Assembly: GCA_951813565.1 (NCBI GenBank) | Contig: OX638351.1 | Location: forward strand, 4,384,001-4,448,000 | From: an uncultured Poribacteria bacterium | Lineage (GTDB): Bacteria; Poribacteria; WGA-4E; WGA-3G | Direction: 5' to 3' | Length of the DNA stretch: 64,000 bases | Shown here: positions 1 through 9,605 of the stretch, one piece after another | Numbering within the stretch: position 1 is the stretch's first letter | How the letters are laid out: every line of letters begins with the position of its first letter | The notes under the pieces: model-generated | What the model was told of the DNA's origin: nothing | What the model saw: the letters and a program-made list of their open reading frames with translations, nothing else | The model's database searches: none | Program-made: the position numbers and the translations under genes

Positions 1-2
1 GA

Positions 3-533
3 CATCAGCAGTCGTTAATCAATTTTATCGCCAGATTTACCGGCGATAAAGATAATGCTGAAGACTTGGCACAGGAGACGTTTATCCGCATGTATAAAGC
101 GGCAGATCGTTACAAACCGGGTCGTGCTCAATTTAAAACATGGATGTATTTAATTGCAAAAAGGTTATGTATAAATGAAATTCGGAATAGAGGACGGCGA
201 AATCGTTTTCGGGTTGATAATATGGCTACAAACGATAATACTTATAGGGAAAACGATGAACAAATTGACATCATCGCAACTGCGCCTGCAGATGCCGCTT
301 TTCAACCTGAAGTTGCCCTGGAACGTAAGGAACTTCGCAACGCTATCCAAAAAGCGATCGCAGAATTACCGGAACAATATCGATTTCCACTTATCCTGCG
401 GGACATCCAAGGATTAAGTTATGACGAAATCGGCAAAATACTTGAACTACGAAGTGGAACCACAAAATCGCGTATCAACAGAGCGCGATTAATGCTTAAA
501 GACAAACTAAAACCATTTATGGAGTTATTATGA
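3..533 (+). CDS. ECF RNA polymerase sigma-70 factor (5'-truncated by window edge)
   Basis: Frame is open from position 3 (HQQSLINFIARFTGDKDNAEDLAQETF). Region 2 'FKTWMYLIA' and region 4 'GLSYDEIGKILELRSGTTKSRINRAR'. Confidence 0.93.
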   Translation, partial: HQQSLINFIARFTGDKDNAEDLAQETFIRMYKAADRYKPGRAQFKTWMYLIAKRLCINEIRNRGRRNRFRVDNMATNDNTYRENDEQIDIIATAPADAAFQPEVALERKELRNAIQKAIAELPEQYRFPLILRDIQGLSYDEIGKILELRSGTTKSRINRARLMLKDKLKPFMELL

Positions 534-1087
534 ACTGCTTACAAGCTGAAGAAAACTTTTCTGCACATCTTGAAGATGCGCTTGATTATCAAATGATACA
601 ACGTTTTGAGTCTCACATTGCAGAGTGCACAACGTGCCAGCGTGAGTACGCTCGATTCAGCGAATCTGTCAAAGCATCACAACAATTGCCGCAGATTGAA
701 CCGTCCCCCTATTTTATACCAACATTAAAACAACGCCTTGCCGAAGAACAACGAGGGACGCTTTCCTATTGGCAGCGGTTGCTGCATATTTTCAACATGC
801 CCAAATGGGCTTTCAGTGGTATTATGGTATTACTTCTGATTACTGCTACTGTCACATTTCTGTACCATGATGATTTTTTCAATAGTGAAATCCCGCCATC
901 AAATAAGCAGATAAGTACACAACGTCCTGGACTTTCTTCTGGATCGCCATCGATCAACAACCAATTTCTACCACGTGCTTCAGGAACATCTGATTTCCCA
1001 AGTGCGATTTCAACACAACCGACGCAAAAACACTATACCTTAAAGCGCGTCAGTTACACCACTGCATCAACCGGTGGAGGATTATAG
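530..1087 (+). CDS. Zinc-finger (zf-HC2/ZAS) transmembrane anti-sigma factor
   Basis: 'HIAECTTC' HxxxCxxC motif and one TM helix. ATGA overlap with the sigma gene. Confidence 0.88.
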   Translation: MNCLQAEENFSAHLEDALDYQMIQRFESHIAECTTCQREYARFSESVKASQQLPQIEPSPYFIPTLKQRLAEEQRGTLSYWQRLLHIFNMPKWAFSGIMVLLLITATVTFLYHDDFFNSEIPPSNKQISTQRPGLSSGSPSINNQFLPRASGTSDFPSAISTQPTQKHYTLKRVSYTTASTGGGL

Positions 1088-1141
1088 TTCTCTGGTATGA
1101 ATATCTACAAGGCAGACAACTACTTTGGTGAGGATAAATAA

Positions 1142-2206
1142 ATGGTTCCCGAAAAATTAAAACAGAATCAAAAAATAAACGCGAAATTTTCTATTCTTTA
1201 CAAACTACTTGGTATAAGTACGTTTATTTTTCTCATCTGTGTCATAACACCAAGTTTTGGGCAGGAAAATGTGTTACAGCTGCTTGAAAAAGAATTCAAA
1301 AAAATTGTCACCACTGCCCGTCCTGTTGTTGTCAAAGTTATTGCATCACAGAATACACCGGCACAATTACCTCCCGACATAAGGAAAATATTTCCCAGCG
1401 AAAACATCAGTTCTGGCATTATTCTTGATAAGGAAGGACACATTGCTACAACTACTTTTGATATGGTGCCCAGCAAGATTGAAGTTGTCTTCAATAATAA
1501 CAAAAAAGTTCCAGCAAAAATCATCGGGATGGACGATCTGACCGATCTTGTTGTGCTTAAGACGGATAACAAATTACCTATGCAAGTAAAAAAAGGAGAT
1601 TCCGATAAAATTGGCATGGGTTCATGGGTTTTTACAATTGGGAGTTCGCAGGGCGAACATCCAATCATCTCGTTCGGTATTGTAAGCGGACGGGAAACCT
1701 TGCCCGCGCACCCTTGTGCCGAACTTATCAAAATTAATGTACCTGTTTCACCCGGTAACAGCGGTGGCGCAATTGTAAACACTTCGGGCGAAATCGTTGG
1801 CATGATTCTCGCTGTACTTACTGAACCGAACGAGTTTAACCCACTTCAATTACCGATGCAGATGTGGAATAGTCAGAACATTACTTTTGCCGTGCCGATT
1901 GAAACAGTTAAATCTGTCGCCACTAAAATCATAAAACATGGCAAGGTACCACGGGGTTGGCTTGGTGTTGATATTGAAATAAGTAATTTTGGTGTTTTTG
2001 TTACGCGTGTCGTAAAAAACAGTCCTGCCCACAAAAGTGGGCTTTTACCAAGAGATATAATTCTCGAATTCAATAACGCGCCTGTAAAAAACTATACTGA
2101 ACTTCGTAGACGTGTCGGAACCGCATCACCAAATACAGAAGTTATCCTAAAAATTCATAGAAATGGGAGCGAGCAAAACTATACTATCAAACTGGGGGAA
2201 CGGTAG
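1142..2206 (+). CDS. HtrA/DegP-family trypsin-like protein with one PDZ domain (catalytic His apparently missing)
   Basis: N-terminal hydrophobic segment, 'DLVVLK', 'SPGNSGG', PDZ 'GWLGV...SPAHKSGL'. Confidence 0.9.
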   Translation: MVPEKLKQNQKINAKFSILYKLLGISTFIFLICVITPSFGQENVLQLLEKEFKKIVTTARPVVVKVIASQNTPAQLPPDIRKIFPSENISSGIILDKEGHIATTTFDMVPSKIEVVFNNNKKVPAKIIGMDDLTDLVVLKTDNKLPMQVKKGDSDKIGMGSWVFTIGSSQGEHPIISFGIVSGRETLPAHPCAELIKINVPVSPGNSGGAIVNTSGEIVGMILAVLTEPNEFNPLQLPMQMWNSQNITFAVPIETVKSVATKIIKHGKVPRGWLGVDIEISNFGVFVTRVVKNSPAHKSGLLPRDIILEFNNAPVKNYTELRRRVGTASPNTEVILKIHRNGSEQNYTIKLGER

Positions 2207-2216
2207 TGTTTATGTG

Positions 2217-3278
2217 CTACTTTAATCGGTTAAACTCCTTTAGGTATGCTTGTGCAATGTCTTTGTTTCTCTTGATTATCAGTAAGTTTTCACTGTTTTG
2301 CTCCTCAGCTCTTTTAGAAAAGTTATACGAACCGGTAATAACAGTCTCCTCATCAATTAGTATCACTTTGTGATGCATAGTTCCAGGACCGTCATCCGAA
2401 ATTACCGGAATTCCTGCATTCTTCATTGACTCGTATTCCGAATGCTCATCAATTTGCCTTTCTTCAAACACGCCTTCCACCGGAATACCTTTTTTATATC
2501 GATCCCGCATTGCATTCCCAAGTTTATCATGTGTAAACGAAAACGCCATAAAATAAATTGACTTTTTTGCTGATTTAATCTCTTTTAGTAGGGGAGAAAT
2601 CGTGTCGTTTTCTGGCGCAAAATAGGTTGAAATTTGTGTGCCATCGTTAAGGGTAATATGTGGAAATGGAATATGCGGATCCGATGACCTATCCATTTCT
2701 GCTAAGATATACATCTCCCGAAATTCCTGTGTGAAGTTATACGCAAGCGGCTCCGAATCAATCCAAATGACGTTATTATTGTTCTTATAAGCGCCGTTAT
2801 AGGTGGCATTATACGAGCCTGTCCAGACATATCGTTCGTCAATCACGATAAATTTGTGATGCATATAACCTTCATTACCCTCATCGTCACGCACAGGAAT
2901 TCCTGCCTTTTCTAATCGCCCAATTTCCCCCCGATCTACATTATCGAACTCAGTGAAAACCCGTACATTTATGCCTCGGCCATGCGCGCCAATTAAAGCA
3001 TCCGCTATTGTTTTAGAATCCAAATCATACAGCGCTGCGTCAACCCGTTCTTTTGCAGAACCGAGTTTTGCAACAAGACGTTTCTCCAACGAAAAAGGAC
3101 TGTTGACAGCACCGACTTCGCTGAAATATACCTCCCACGCTCGTTCCTCAGTTGTGTGGGGTTTACCTTTGAAATGTCGGATTGCGAAGCCGATCGCAAC
3201 AGCAACCATTAAAATGAGAAAAAACGGGATAAACCGTGAATTCCTGCTCTTTGGCGGCGCTGGTGAAGCATTATTCAT
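2217..3278 (-). CDS. Phospholipase D/nuclease superfamily protein, two HKD motifs
   Basis: 'HHKFIVID...TGSYN' and 'HHKVILID...TGSYN'; N-terminal membrane anchor. Confidence 0.9.
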   Translation of the reverse strand: MNNASPAPPKSRNSRFIPFFLILMVAVAIGFAIRHFKGKPHTTEERAWEVYFSEVGAVNSPFSLEKRLVAKLGSAKERVDAALYDLDSKTIADALIGAHGRGINVRVFTEFDNVDRGEIGRLEKAGIPVRDDEGNEGYMHHKFIVIDERYVWTGSYNATYNGAYKNNNNVIWIDSEPLAYNFTQEFREMYILAEMDRSSDPHIPFPHITLNDGTQISTYFAPENDTISPLLKEIKSAKKSIYFMAFSFTHDKLGNAMRDRYKKGIPVEGVFEERQIDEHSEYESMKNAGIPVISDDGPGTMHHKVILIDEETVITGSYNFSKRAEEQNSENLLIIKRNKDIAQAYLKEFNRLK

Positions 3279-3296
3279 ATCTGTATGACTCCATCA

Positions 3297-4187
3297 TTAA
3301 ACGCCCCATCTACGCCGTGATTCTGCTAACGACTCGATTTTGGCATCTTTCTGCTTCCAAGCGTAATGTCCTTTCGGATTTTTCCCAATCCACCGTTCAT
3401 CAATCGCTTCAGCAGCAAGTTGATAACGGGTATCTGCTGTAATTCGAATTTTGTCAGATGTATTGACGAGCGAAGCATGCATCAGAAACATGCTGAAAAT
3501 GATAACGTCTCCAACCGAAAACGATGTCGTTGCCCAGTGTCCACCAAATTTCTCGATAATCTCAAGCGGGTTATCACTAAAATGTCCCTCAATTAGATCG
3601 TGATCAACATCTGCCTGCCCGTATGTTTCCCGAACCTTTTCAAATCGGTTGGAGCCGAGACAGAATACAATCGGCCCCATATCCAAAGAAACATCGCCAA
3701 AAGGGGTCCAGCAGGAATAGAGGTTTTGTGTCCCTCTACCCATAAAGACAATATCGTAATGAATAGGCGAACCTGATCCAGGACCAGCGGTACGGAGCCA
3801 TTTGAAGTCAAATGTTCGCGCATCACCACCGAGAAAATGCTTGAAAAAATCCATTATCGGTTGTCCTTCAACAACTGCTTTAAATGCTGGCAGCTGGGTC
3901 AACGCTTTATTTCCCATTGACCCAGTTGATGTCGGTTCTGGATAATCTGGGTTGAAGATACCCTCCATCAACGGTGTTTCGGGTGCAAGCATCCTTTTTG
4001 TTGCCAATTTTTCCAAAATTGCTTGACGTGCAGCAAGCACTGTCTTTTTGTCGTGTAGTCCACGGATCAATAGATATCCATCTTCTGCAATACGTTCATG
4101 TAACGCATCTGGATTGTCAAGGATGTCATTACTCTCTCGCAAATCGGTGCTAACCTCTACCTCTTGGTGCAAAAAGGGTAGTTTCAT
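3297..4187 (-). CDS. Phytanoyl-CoA dioxygenase (PhyH) family Fe(II)/2OG dioxygenase
   Basis: 'EDGYLLIRGL', HxD ('HYD'), distal His in 'MHASLVN', 'R.TADTRY'. Confidence 0.88.
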   Translation of the reverse strand: MKLPFLHQEVEVSTDLRESNDILDNPDALHERIAEDGYLLIRGLHDKKTVLAARQAILEKLATKRMLAPETPLMEGIFNPDYPEPTSTGSMGNKALTQLPAFKAVVEGQPIMDFFKHFLGGDARTFDFKWLRTAGPGSGSPIHYDIVFMGRGTQNLYSCWTPFGDVSLDMGPIVFCLGSNRFEKVRETYGQADVDHDLIEGHFSDNPLEIIEKFGGHWATTSFSVGDVIIFSMFLMHASLVNTSDKIRITADTRYQLAAEAIDERWIGKNPKGHYAWKQKDAKIESLAESRRRWGV

Positions 4188-4188
4188 C

Positions 4189-6219
4189 TTATTTCCTCAC
4201 TTCCGATGGCGGTGGTTCCTTCAACCACGCGTAGTTAAACCGATAATGTTGTTTACTGCTAATCAGATGGACGATGCCATTCTGACCTTGGCATACAGCG
4301 AGATATCCACCAGGTTCAGCACTATTTAATCCCATTATAAAGGGTCTTCCATCCATTGTTTCAATTTCTCGGTCAGGTCCATCATCTGAAATCAGACGTA
4401 TTTGGGACCAGGTTTCCCCATCATTATAAGAGAGTGCACCGAAAAGTCCCGTTACCAGTCGTTCGCTTCCAGATGCGTCGACAATTGGCATTGTTTCAGG
4501 TGTTTTACGGCTGCCTGTAAAAGATGCAAGAAAAATCGGTCCCTCCTGAAGTCGCAAAAATACGCACCTTTGCCCACCCGAAACAACAGGAAAAGGACTC
4601 GCGCTGTAATGCCAAGTTTTACCGCCATCTTCAGAAACACTTTTTGGCATACAACCATTAATCGTATCACCTCGACCATACGCCATGAGTCTACCATCAG
4701 ACAACTCCACTACAGCAGCATGTATCCCAGCAATCCACCCTCCGCTTTTTCCTGCTGCAAATTCCGGAATAGGTTGTCCTGCCCCTGGATCGTACCACGT
4801 TTCTCCATCATCGCCGCTTAACCATATCGCAGTACCGCCGTTTCCACCGGTCACTGCATCACATGCAAGGAGGATTGAGCCATTCTGTCTTCGGAAAACA
4901 GAGGCGATCGGCATGTGTCGGAGACGATGTTCAGGTGAGATAAAGCGTGGCTTTGACCATGTTGTGCAGTTATCGTCAGAGTAGCGCATTATCAATGCTA
5001 AAGGTCCCCACGTCGCTGCTGCGGAAAGACCGTTGAAATGATAAATTCGTCCGTTCTCATTACACCACAGAGAGGTCGCGTGATTATTCCGATCAGGCGG
5101 TCCCCAAAACGGTTCGGCAACTTCCCATTTCGATTCACCAAAACGCAACCGGCTTGCTGCCAGCGTTAACTCACGTCCTCGTTCTGTTACACACGAATAC
5201 CATGCTGCAAACATATCTCCGTTTGGGCATTCCACAATCGCAGGCACGTGGTTATGTCTTGAAAAAAGCGGTCCGTTAGAATCTTCTGGAATTCGGACAA
5301 ACGGTATTGGATCAGCAAAATACGGCACAGTAGTAGGCACACTCCGCTGTTCCGTAACCTGTTTGACATCACGCCCCCATAACGCTGCCTTCGGAGCTGG
5401 TAAATGCGTAGAGGTCTCTGGCATCTCCCCACAAACAACGCGAAATCCGATGTACCAGTGTTTATCTTCAGGTACGGCCCCCATCCGATTTGCTGAACGC
5501 AAATAGCACAGCAGCGTTGAATGGCTTCCCCCTCGTGTCACACGGTAAAGTCCTTCTGTCCTTCCAATCGGATCAACTTGTGGGTCTGATTCATAAGGTC
5601 CATACCAATCTTGGCACCACTCCTCGACGTTCCCATGCATGTCGTATACGCCCCATGCATTCGGTGATGTTTTGCCAACGTGCAAAGGTACGATTTCCTC
5701 TGCACCTTCGCTCCGCCCTATATCCGGATACCAACTCTCCCCAACGTTTTTATGAAATTCATCGGGTAAGGTATCACCTGTATGGAAATGTGTTGTTGTG
5801 CCTGCGCGGCAGGTATATTCCCATTCTGCTTCGGTTGGCAACCGATAAGGTAACCCTTCTTTCTCAGATAGCCATTCACAAAAACGGGTCGCATCGTGCC
5901 AATCCACAAAAACAACGGCTTCATCATCGTCCTGTGAGAAGCCTAATTTTCCGCGTAACTTACTATGAGCAGATTGAAATTCTTCATATTGCGCGTTCGT
6001 TACCTGAAAAATGCCGATGTAAAACGGTGTGCTGAGTGTGACTTGATGCACCGGTTGTTCATCCCAATCACCATCTCGCAGATAGTCTTTACCAGCTATT
6101 AATTCATCTGCAAGATTTGCAGTTGCCGAACCCATCGTAAAAGTACCAGGTTCAATTCTAACAAACTGCATGCCGATTGAATTGGTATAAGTCTTTCCCT
6201 GAATTGCCTGTTGTTGCAT
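4189..6219 (-). CDS. FGE/SUMF1-like domain fused to a BNR (Asp-box) sialidase-like beta-propeller
   Basis: 'RLPTEAEWEY', 'NAWGVYDMHGNVEEW', 'RGGS'; Asp boxes SDDNCTTW, SGDDGETW, SEDGGKTW, SYNDGETW. Confidence 0.88.
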   Translation of the reverse strand: MQQQAIQGKTYTNSIGMQFVRIEPGTFTMGSATANLADELIAGKDYLRDGDWDEQPVHQVTLSTPFYIGIFQVTNAQYEEFQSAHSKLRGKLGFSQDDDEAVVFVDWHDATRFCEWLSEKEGLPYRLPTEAEWEYTCRAGTTTHFHTGDTLPDEFHKNVGESWYPDIGRSEGAEEIVPLHVGKTSPNAWGVYDMHGNVEEWCQDWYGPYESDPQVDPIGRTEGLYRVTRGGSHSTLLCYLRSANRMGAVPEDKHWYIGFRVVCGEMPETSTHLPAPKAALWGRDVKQVTEQRSVPTTVPYFADPIPFVRIPEDSNGPLFSRHNHVPAIVECPNGDMFAAWYSCVTERGRELTLAASRLRFGESKWEVAEPFWGPPDRNNHATSLWCNENGRIYHFNGLSAAATWGPLALIMRYSDDNCTTWSKPRFISPEHRLRHMPIASVFRRQNGSILLACDAVTGGNGGTAIWLSGDDGETWYDPGAGQPIPEFAAGKSGGWIAGIHAAVVELSDGRLMAYGRGDTINGCMPKSVSEDGGKTWHYSASPFPVVSGGQRCVFLRLQEGPIFLASFTGSRKTPETMPIVDASGSERLVTGLFGALSYNDGETWSQIRLISDDGPDREIETMDGRPFIMGLNSAEPGGYLAVCQGQNGIVHLISSKQHYRFNYAWLKEPPPSEVRK

Positions 6220-6296
6220 AATATTCTCGTTTCGTATTTGTTTCTGTCAGGATTATAGCACACTTTAGGGAAATAGGCAAGTTTAGGTGTGGAAGG

Positions 6297-6811
6297 GGGT
6301 GTGTAAAGTTTTTGTAGAAATCCGCACAACTCCTATTGTAGGGGCGGGTCTCCGGGGAATGCCTTTTGGCATTCCCCGGGACCCCGCCCATAGGCGTCAA
6401 TTTAAGCACACAATTACCAGATTGCCTCTTGTGGGAGGGCTTTATAAGCCCGATTTATATGTATTTATCGGGGTTGAAAACCCGACAAATGCCAAAAAGC
6501 GCATTTGGCGTTGATTTGGCAGCATGCCAAACGCGCATGCTGCGTTGATTCACTCCCACAAGAGGGTATATCCTTAAATTGACGGCTATGGTGCAGTTAG
6601 GAAACCGCACCTACCTGTGATGTGCACATGTTTTTTGATTTTACTATAAAAACGTGAGTTTGATAAATAGTTAGGATTTCTACATTTCCTCTTAAAGTCC
6701 TCTGATAAGGGGGATTTAGGGGTTAAAAACACCAAAATAACGATTTTTTCAGCAAATATGCCCGTTCTCTGTTCAATTTTTGCCTGTCCAGTTAATTATC
6801 AAACTCACGTT
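6297..6811. repeat. Composite intergenic repeat cluster (IS-like end, REP, MITEs, 34-nt hairpin units)
   Basis: 6297-6590 closely matches parts of 43299-43878. Includes a MITE at 6389-6590 and a MITE at 6651-6811. Confidence 0.85.
6651..6811. mobile_element. MITE with TIR AACGTGAGTTTGATAA
   Basis: Perfect 16-bp terminal inverted repeat; a second family member lies at 11275-11773. Confidence 0.75.
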
Positions 6812-6948
6812 ATAAAACCACTTTAATGTGGTATATTATACCCTTAATTATAAAGATGTAATCTTTTGAGCAAAAAGTTGCATAATTTGGACATGGAAAT
6901 CGAGGAATAGGTTGTCAAGAAGCAGCAAAATTTCACTTAAGAAATTCC

Positions 6949-6977
6949 TTGACATTTTCTAATTCTTTTGGTATTCT
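6949..6977 (+). promoter_or_regulatory. Sigma70-like promoter upstream of the LamG gene
   Basis: TTGACA-17 bp-TATTCT with TG extension. Confidence 0.55.
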
Positions 6978-7100
6978 TAATAACGGGAGTCGCACTTTGG
7001 AATGTTTGATTTTTCTTGATGTCCGAACCGTGCTCCCTTAGAATTTGGAAAAACACAATAATAATAATGAACATTATCAAAATTTCAATGAGGTATATAC

Positions 7101-7892
7101 ATGAGATTCTGGGCAAAAAATTATAGAATACTAACCAACATTACAATGTGTGTTATATTGTTCACTGTTTTTTTCACAATCGAGATTTGTTCTGCAAATG
7201 ATCTTGTTTTGCACCTCTCTTTTGATGAGATGAAAGGAGACGTTGCAGAAGACCTCTCTGAATTTGGTAATGATGCAACCTTCAAAGGTAAAACCCAATT
7301 GGTTGATGGGAAGTTTGGAAAAGCACTTGAATTTGATGGCGCATCTTGGGGAGAAGTAGCTGACCACGACAGTCTGCATGTTGTGGATGGTATAACTGTT
7401 GAATTTTGGGCAAATTTACGGCCAAGTGCTGGTGGACCAGGTAGTGATGTACAAACCGGTGTTGAAAAAGGCTCTACGTGGAAAGCAGGACTGTTTACGC
7501 TCGCTGCATGGTACCGTGGCGGTTCGCTCCTTCAATTTTTCGACTTACCTGATAATTGTCGCGAACATAATATTGGTGACAATATACAAGATGAAACTTG
7601 GCACTTTCTTGCAGGCACGTGGGATGGTACCACAATCAAGTTGTATATTGATGGTGAACTCAATAAAGAATTGGAATGTAAGGGAAAACTTACTGCTAAC
7701 AATGATCCTCTTTTTATTGGTGCACGCGGGGGAAATCAACGTTTTGTCAACGGTGCCCTTGACGAAATAAAAATATATGACTATGCGTTAACCGAGGATG
7801 AACTCAGAATAGATATGGAAAATCCTAATGCGGCAGATGTTCTTCCTCAAGATAAATTAACAACAACATGGGCGCGTATCAAAACAAGATAA
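7101..7892 (+). CDS. Secreted LamG/concanavalin-A-like jellyroll protein
   Basis: Signal peptide, 'GKFGKALEFDG', 'WHFLAGTWDG..IKLYIDG', 'GALDEIKIY', C-terminal 'DKLTTTWARIK'. Confidence 0.88.
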   Translation: MRFWAKNYRILTNITMCVILFTVFFTIEICSANDLVLHLSFDEMKGDVAEDLSEFGNDATFKGKTQLVDGKFGKALEFDGASWGEVADHDSLHVVDGITVEFWANLRPSAGGPGSDVQTGVEKGSTWKAGLFTLAAWYRGGSLLQFFDLPDNCREHNIGDNIQDETWHFLAGTWDGTTIKLYIDGELNKELECKGKLTANNDPLFIGARGGNQRFVNGALDEIKIYDYALTEDELRIDMENPNAADVLPQDKLTTTWARIKTR

Positions 7893-7914
7893 TTGATACA
7901 GTAAAGGAAAATTG

Positions 7915-8475
7915 ATGAAAACATTGGCGTATCTATTACCAGCATTAATTATTTCACAAACCTTAACGGGTTGCGCACTCCCTTTTGGCAAAGAGCCTAA
8001 GGAGCCAGTTGCAGTCGTTACAACTGAAAATGGTACATTCGTGATTGAGTTCTATACAGAGTCTGCCCCTATGGCAGTAGAAAACTTCAAAAAATTGATT
8101 AAACAGAAGTTCTACGATGGATTAACATTTCATCGAATAGTTAACGCACCCGGTTTGAATATTGTTCAAGGAGGATGTCCAAAAGGGGATGGGACAGGTG
8201 GTCCCGGTTGGACTATTCAGGACGAGTACACGAATCCGAATCAGCGGAAACACATGAGGGGCACGGTGGCGATGGCACGAGCAAATATGCCAAATTCTGC
8301 CGGAAGCCAGTTCTATATCTGTCTCAAACCACAGCCTCATCTTGATGGACAATATACCACTTTCGGTGGCGTCATTCAAGGGATGGAGGTCGTCGATTTC
8401 TTGCAGATGGGCGATGTCATAACTAAAATCCGATTGGAGGCGAAGTCAAAATATGTTAAGGCAGCAGAAAATTAA
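7915..8475 (+). CDS. Cyclophilin-type peptidyl-prolyl isomerase, lipoprotein
   Basis: Lipobox LTGC; 'FYDGLTFHR', 'QGG', 'GTVAMA', 'SAGSQFYI', 'HLDGQYT.FG'. Confidence 0.93.
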   Translation: MKTLAYLLPALIISQTLTGCALPFGKEPKEPVAVVTTENGTFVIEFYTESAPMAVENFKKLIKQKFYDGLTFHRIVNAPGLNIVQGGCPKGDGTGGPGWTIQDEYTNPNQRKHMRGTVAMARANMPNSAGSQFYICLKPQPHLDGQYTTFGGVIQGMEVVDFLQMGDVITKIRLEAKSKYVKAAEN

Positions 8476-9091
8476 TCAATTCCCCGTCTTAATTTTGGTA
8501 TTAGCGTGTCTATTTGTAATATTTGTGTCCGGTTGTGCTCAGCAAGATCAGAAATCATCTGAGTCGACGACACAGCAGACAGAAACCGAAACAACTACTC
8601 CACAAGAGGTTATTAAACCCGCAGTAGATAGTGAAAAAACTGAGTCTGAAACCACGCCAATGATTGACGCTGCGAATGCAATCGCGGTAATTGAAACGGC
8701 AAAAGGTAATATCGAATTTGAATTTTACGCGACCGATGCACCACAAACCTCAAAGAGTTTCGTCAAAAACGCAAATCTTGGATATTACCGAGGCGAGGAT
8801 TTTCATACTGTTGAGGAACTTTTTATACAAGCCGGTTCCACTTTTGTTGATGAGACACTCCCAATTGAAAAAAGTGGCCATAGACTCGAAAAGGGCGTTG
8901 TGCTAATGGCAAAGGAACCGGGCGCAAGTGTCTCTGATGCAGGTGAATTCTTTATCTGCAAGGATGCTATCGCATTAGATGAAGACTATACTACACTCGG
9001 AAAAGTTATCAAAGGTTTAGAGGTTTTAGACAGTATTGAAAAGAATGATAAAATTGTGAATATCACAATTCGCGAACGCGATAAAGAGTAA
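8453..9091 (+). CDS. Divergent cyclophilin-like lipoprotein
   Basis: Lipobox VSGC and a Thr/Glu-rich linker; cyclophilin fold 'ETAKGNIEFEF..DAPQT...FFIC...YTTLGKV'. Confidence 0.8.
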   Translation: MLRQQKINQFPVLILVLACLFVIFVSGCAQQDQKSSESTTQQTETETTTPQEVIKPAVDSEKTESETTPMIDAANAIAVIETAKGNIEFEFYATDAPQTSKSFVKNANLGYYRGEDFHTVEELFIQAGSTFVDETLPIEKSGHRLEKGVVLMAKEPGASVSDAGEFFICKDAIALDEDYTTLGKVIKGLEVLDSIEKNDKIVNITIRERDKE

Positions 9092-9095
9092 GAAT

Positions 9096-9130
9096 TTGGG
9101 CGATTGAGCAATAATGCTGAGATCGCCCAA
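9096..9130 (+). other. Stem-loop after the second cyclophilin (terminator or RNA-stability element)
   Basis: TTGGGCGAT...ATCGCCCAA inverted repeat; no U-tract. Confidence 0.4.
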
Positions 9131-9154
9131 TCTCAAAGCTGCAAGGAGAATTGA

Positions 9155-9523
9155 ATGGCGTTAACAGTTATTCGGACAGCACGTCCGAGTCCAGTATGGC
9201 AAGAAAGTTATGTACGCGTGAAAAAAGGACAACGGCTTGTAATTGATGCTGATGGCGCATGGTCGCCGGACCTGCAAAATCGTACGGGATGGTGCGGTGC
9301 CGACGGTGTTGCTAAAACTCCTGGTGGTGATAATTATCTTCTTCCGGGGACCAATATTGGAGCCCTTATCGCCAAAATAGGGAGTGCCGTTTTTGCTATT
9401 GGTTCACGCTACGATAATCCTGCCCCCGCAGACGGTGTTATTTTTTTGGCTATGAACGAGAATCCTAACAATAACAACCAAGCGGGAAGCCTACTCGCAC
9501 AAATTATTGTTTTTGACGAATAA
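9155..9523 (+). CDS. PA-IL/LecA-like lectin-fold protein
   Basis: 'WQ...V.VKKGQRL.I.A.G.WS', 'GALIAKIG', 'APADG.IFLAMNE...NNQAGS'. Confidence 0.6.
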   Translation: MALTVIRTARPSPVWQESYVRVKKGQRLVIDADGAWSPDLQNRTGWCGADGVAKTPGGDNYLLPGTNIGALIAKIGSAVFAIGSRYDNPAPADGVIFLAMNENPNNNNQAGSLLAQIIVFDE

Positions 9524-9605
9524 TTTTGTTAAATCCACAAAAAGAATTTCATAAGATTTCCGATAAAATATATCGGAATCATTGCGTCGAATCAGGAGAA
9601 GTTAA

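Noticed and set aside
2217..3278. PLD (and the macro domain at 14270) as anti-phage effectors
   Set aside because: Both have ordinary stand-alone architectures in non-defence neighbourhoods.
6158..6548. Short ORFs here and at 11367-11630, 20781-21234, 36918-37559 and 43424-44099
   Set aside because: They translate REP/MITE repeats, recur in several frames and have no recognisable domains.
6985..7037. Possible riboswitch in the LamG leader (GGGAG...CTCCC hairpin)
   Set aside because: Only a weak stem, and no known aptamer motif was recognised.
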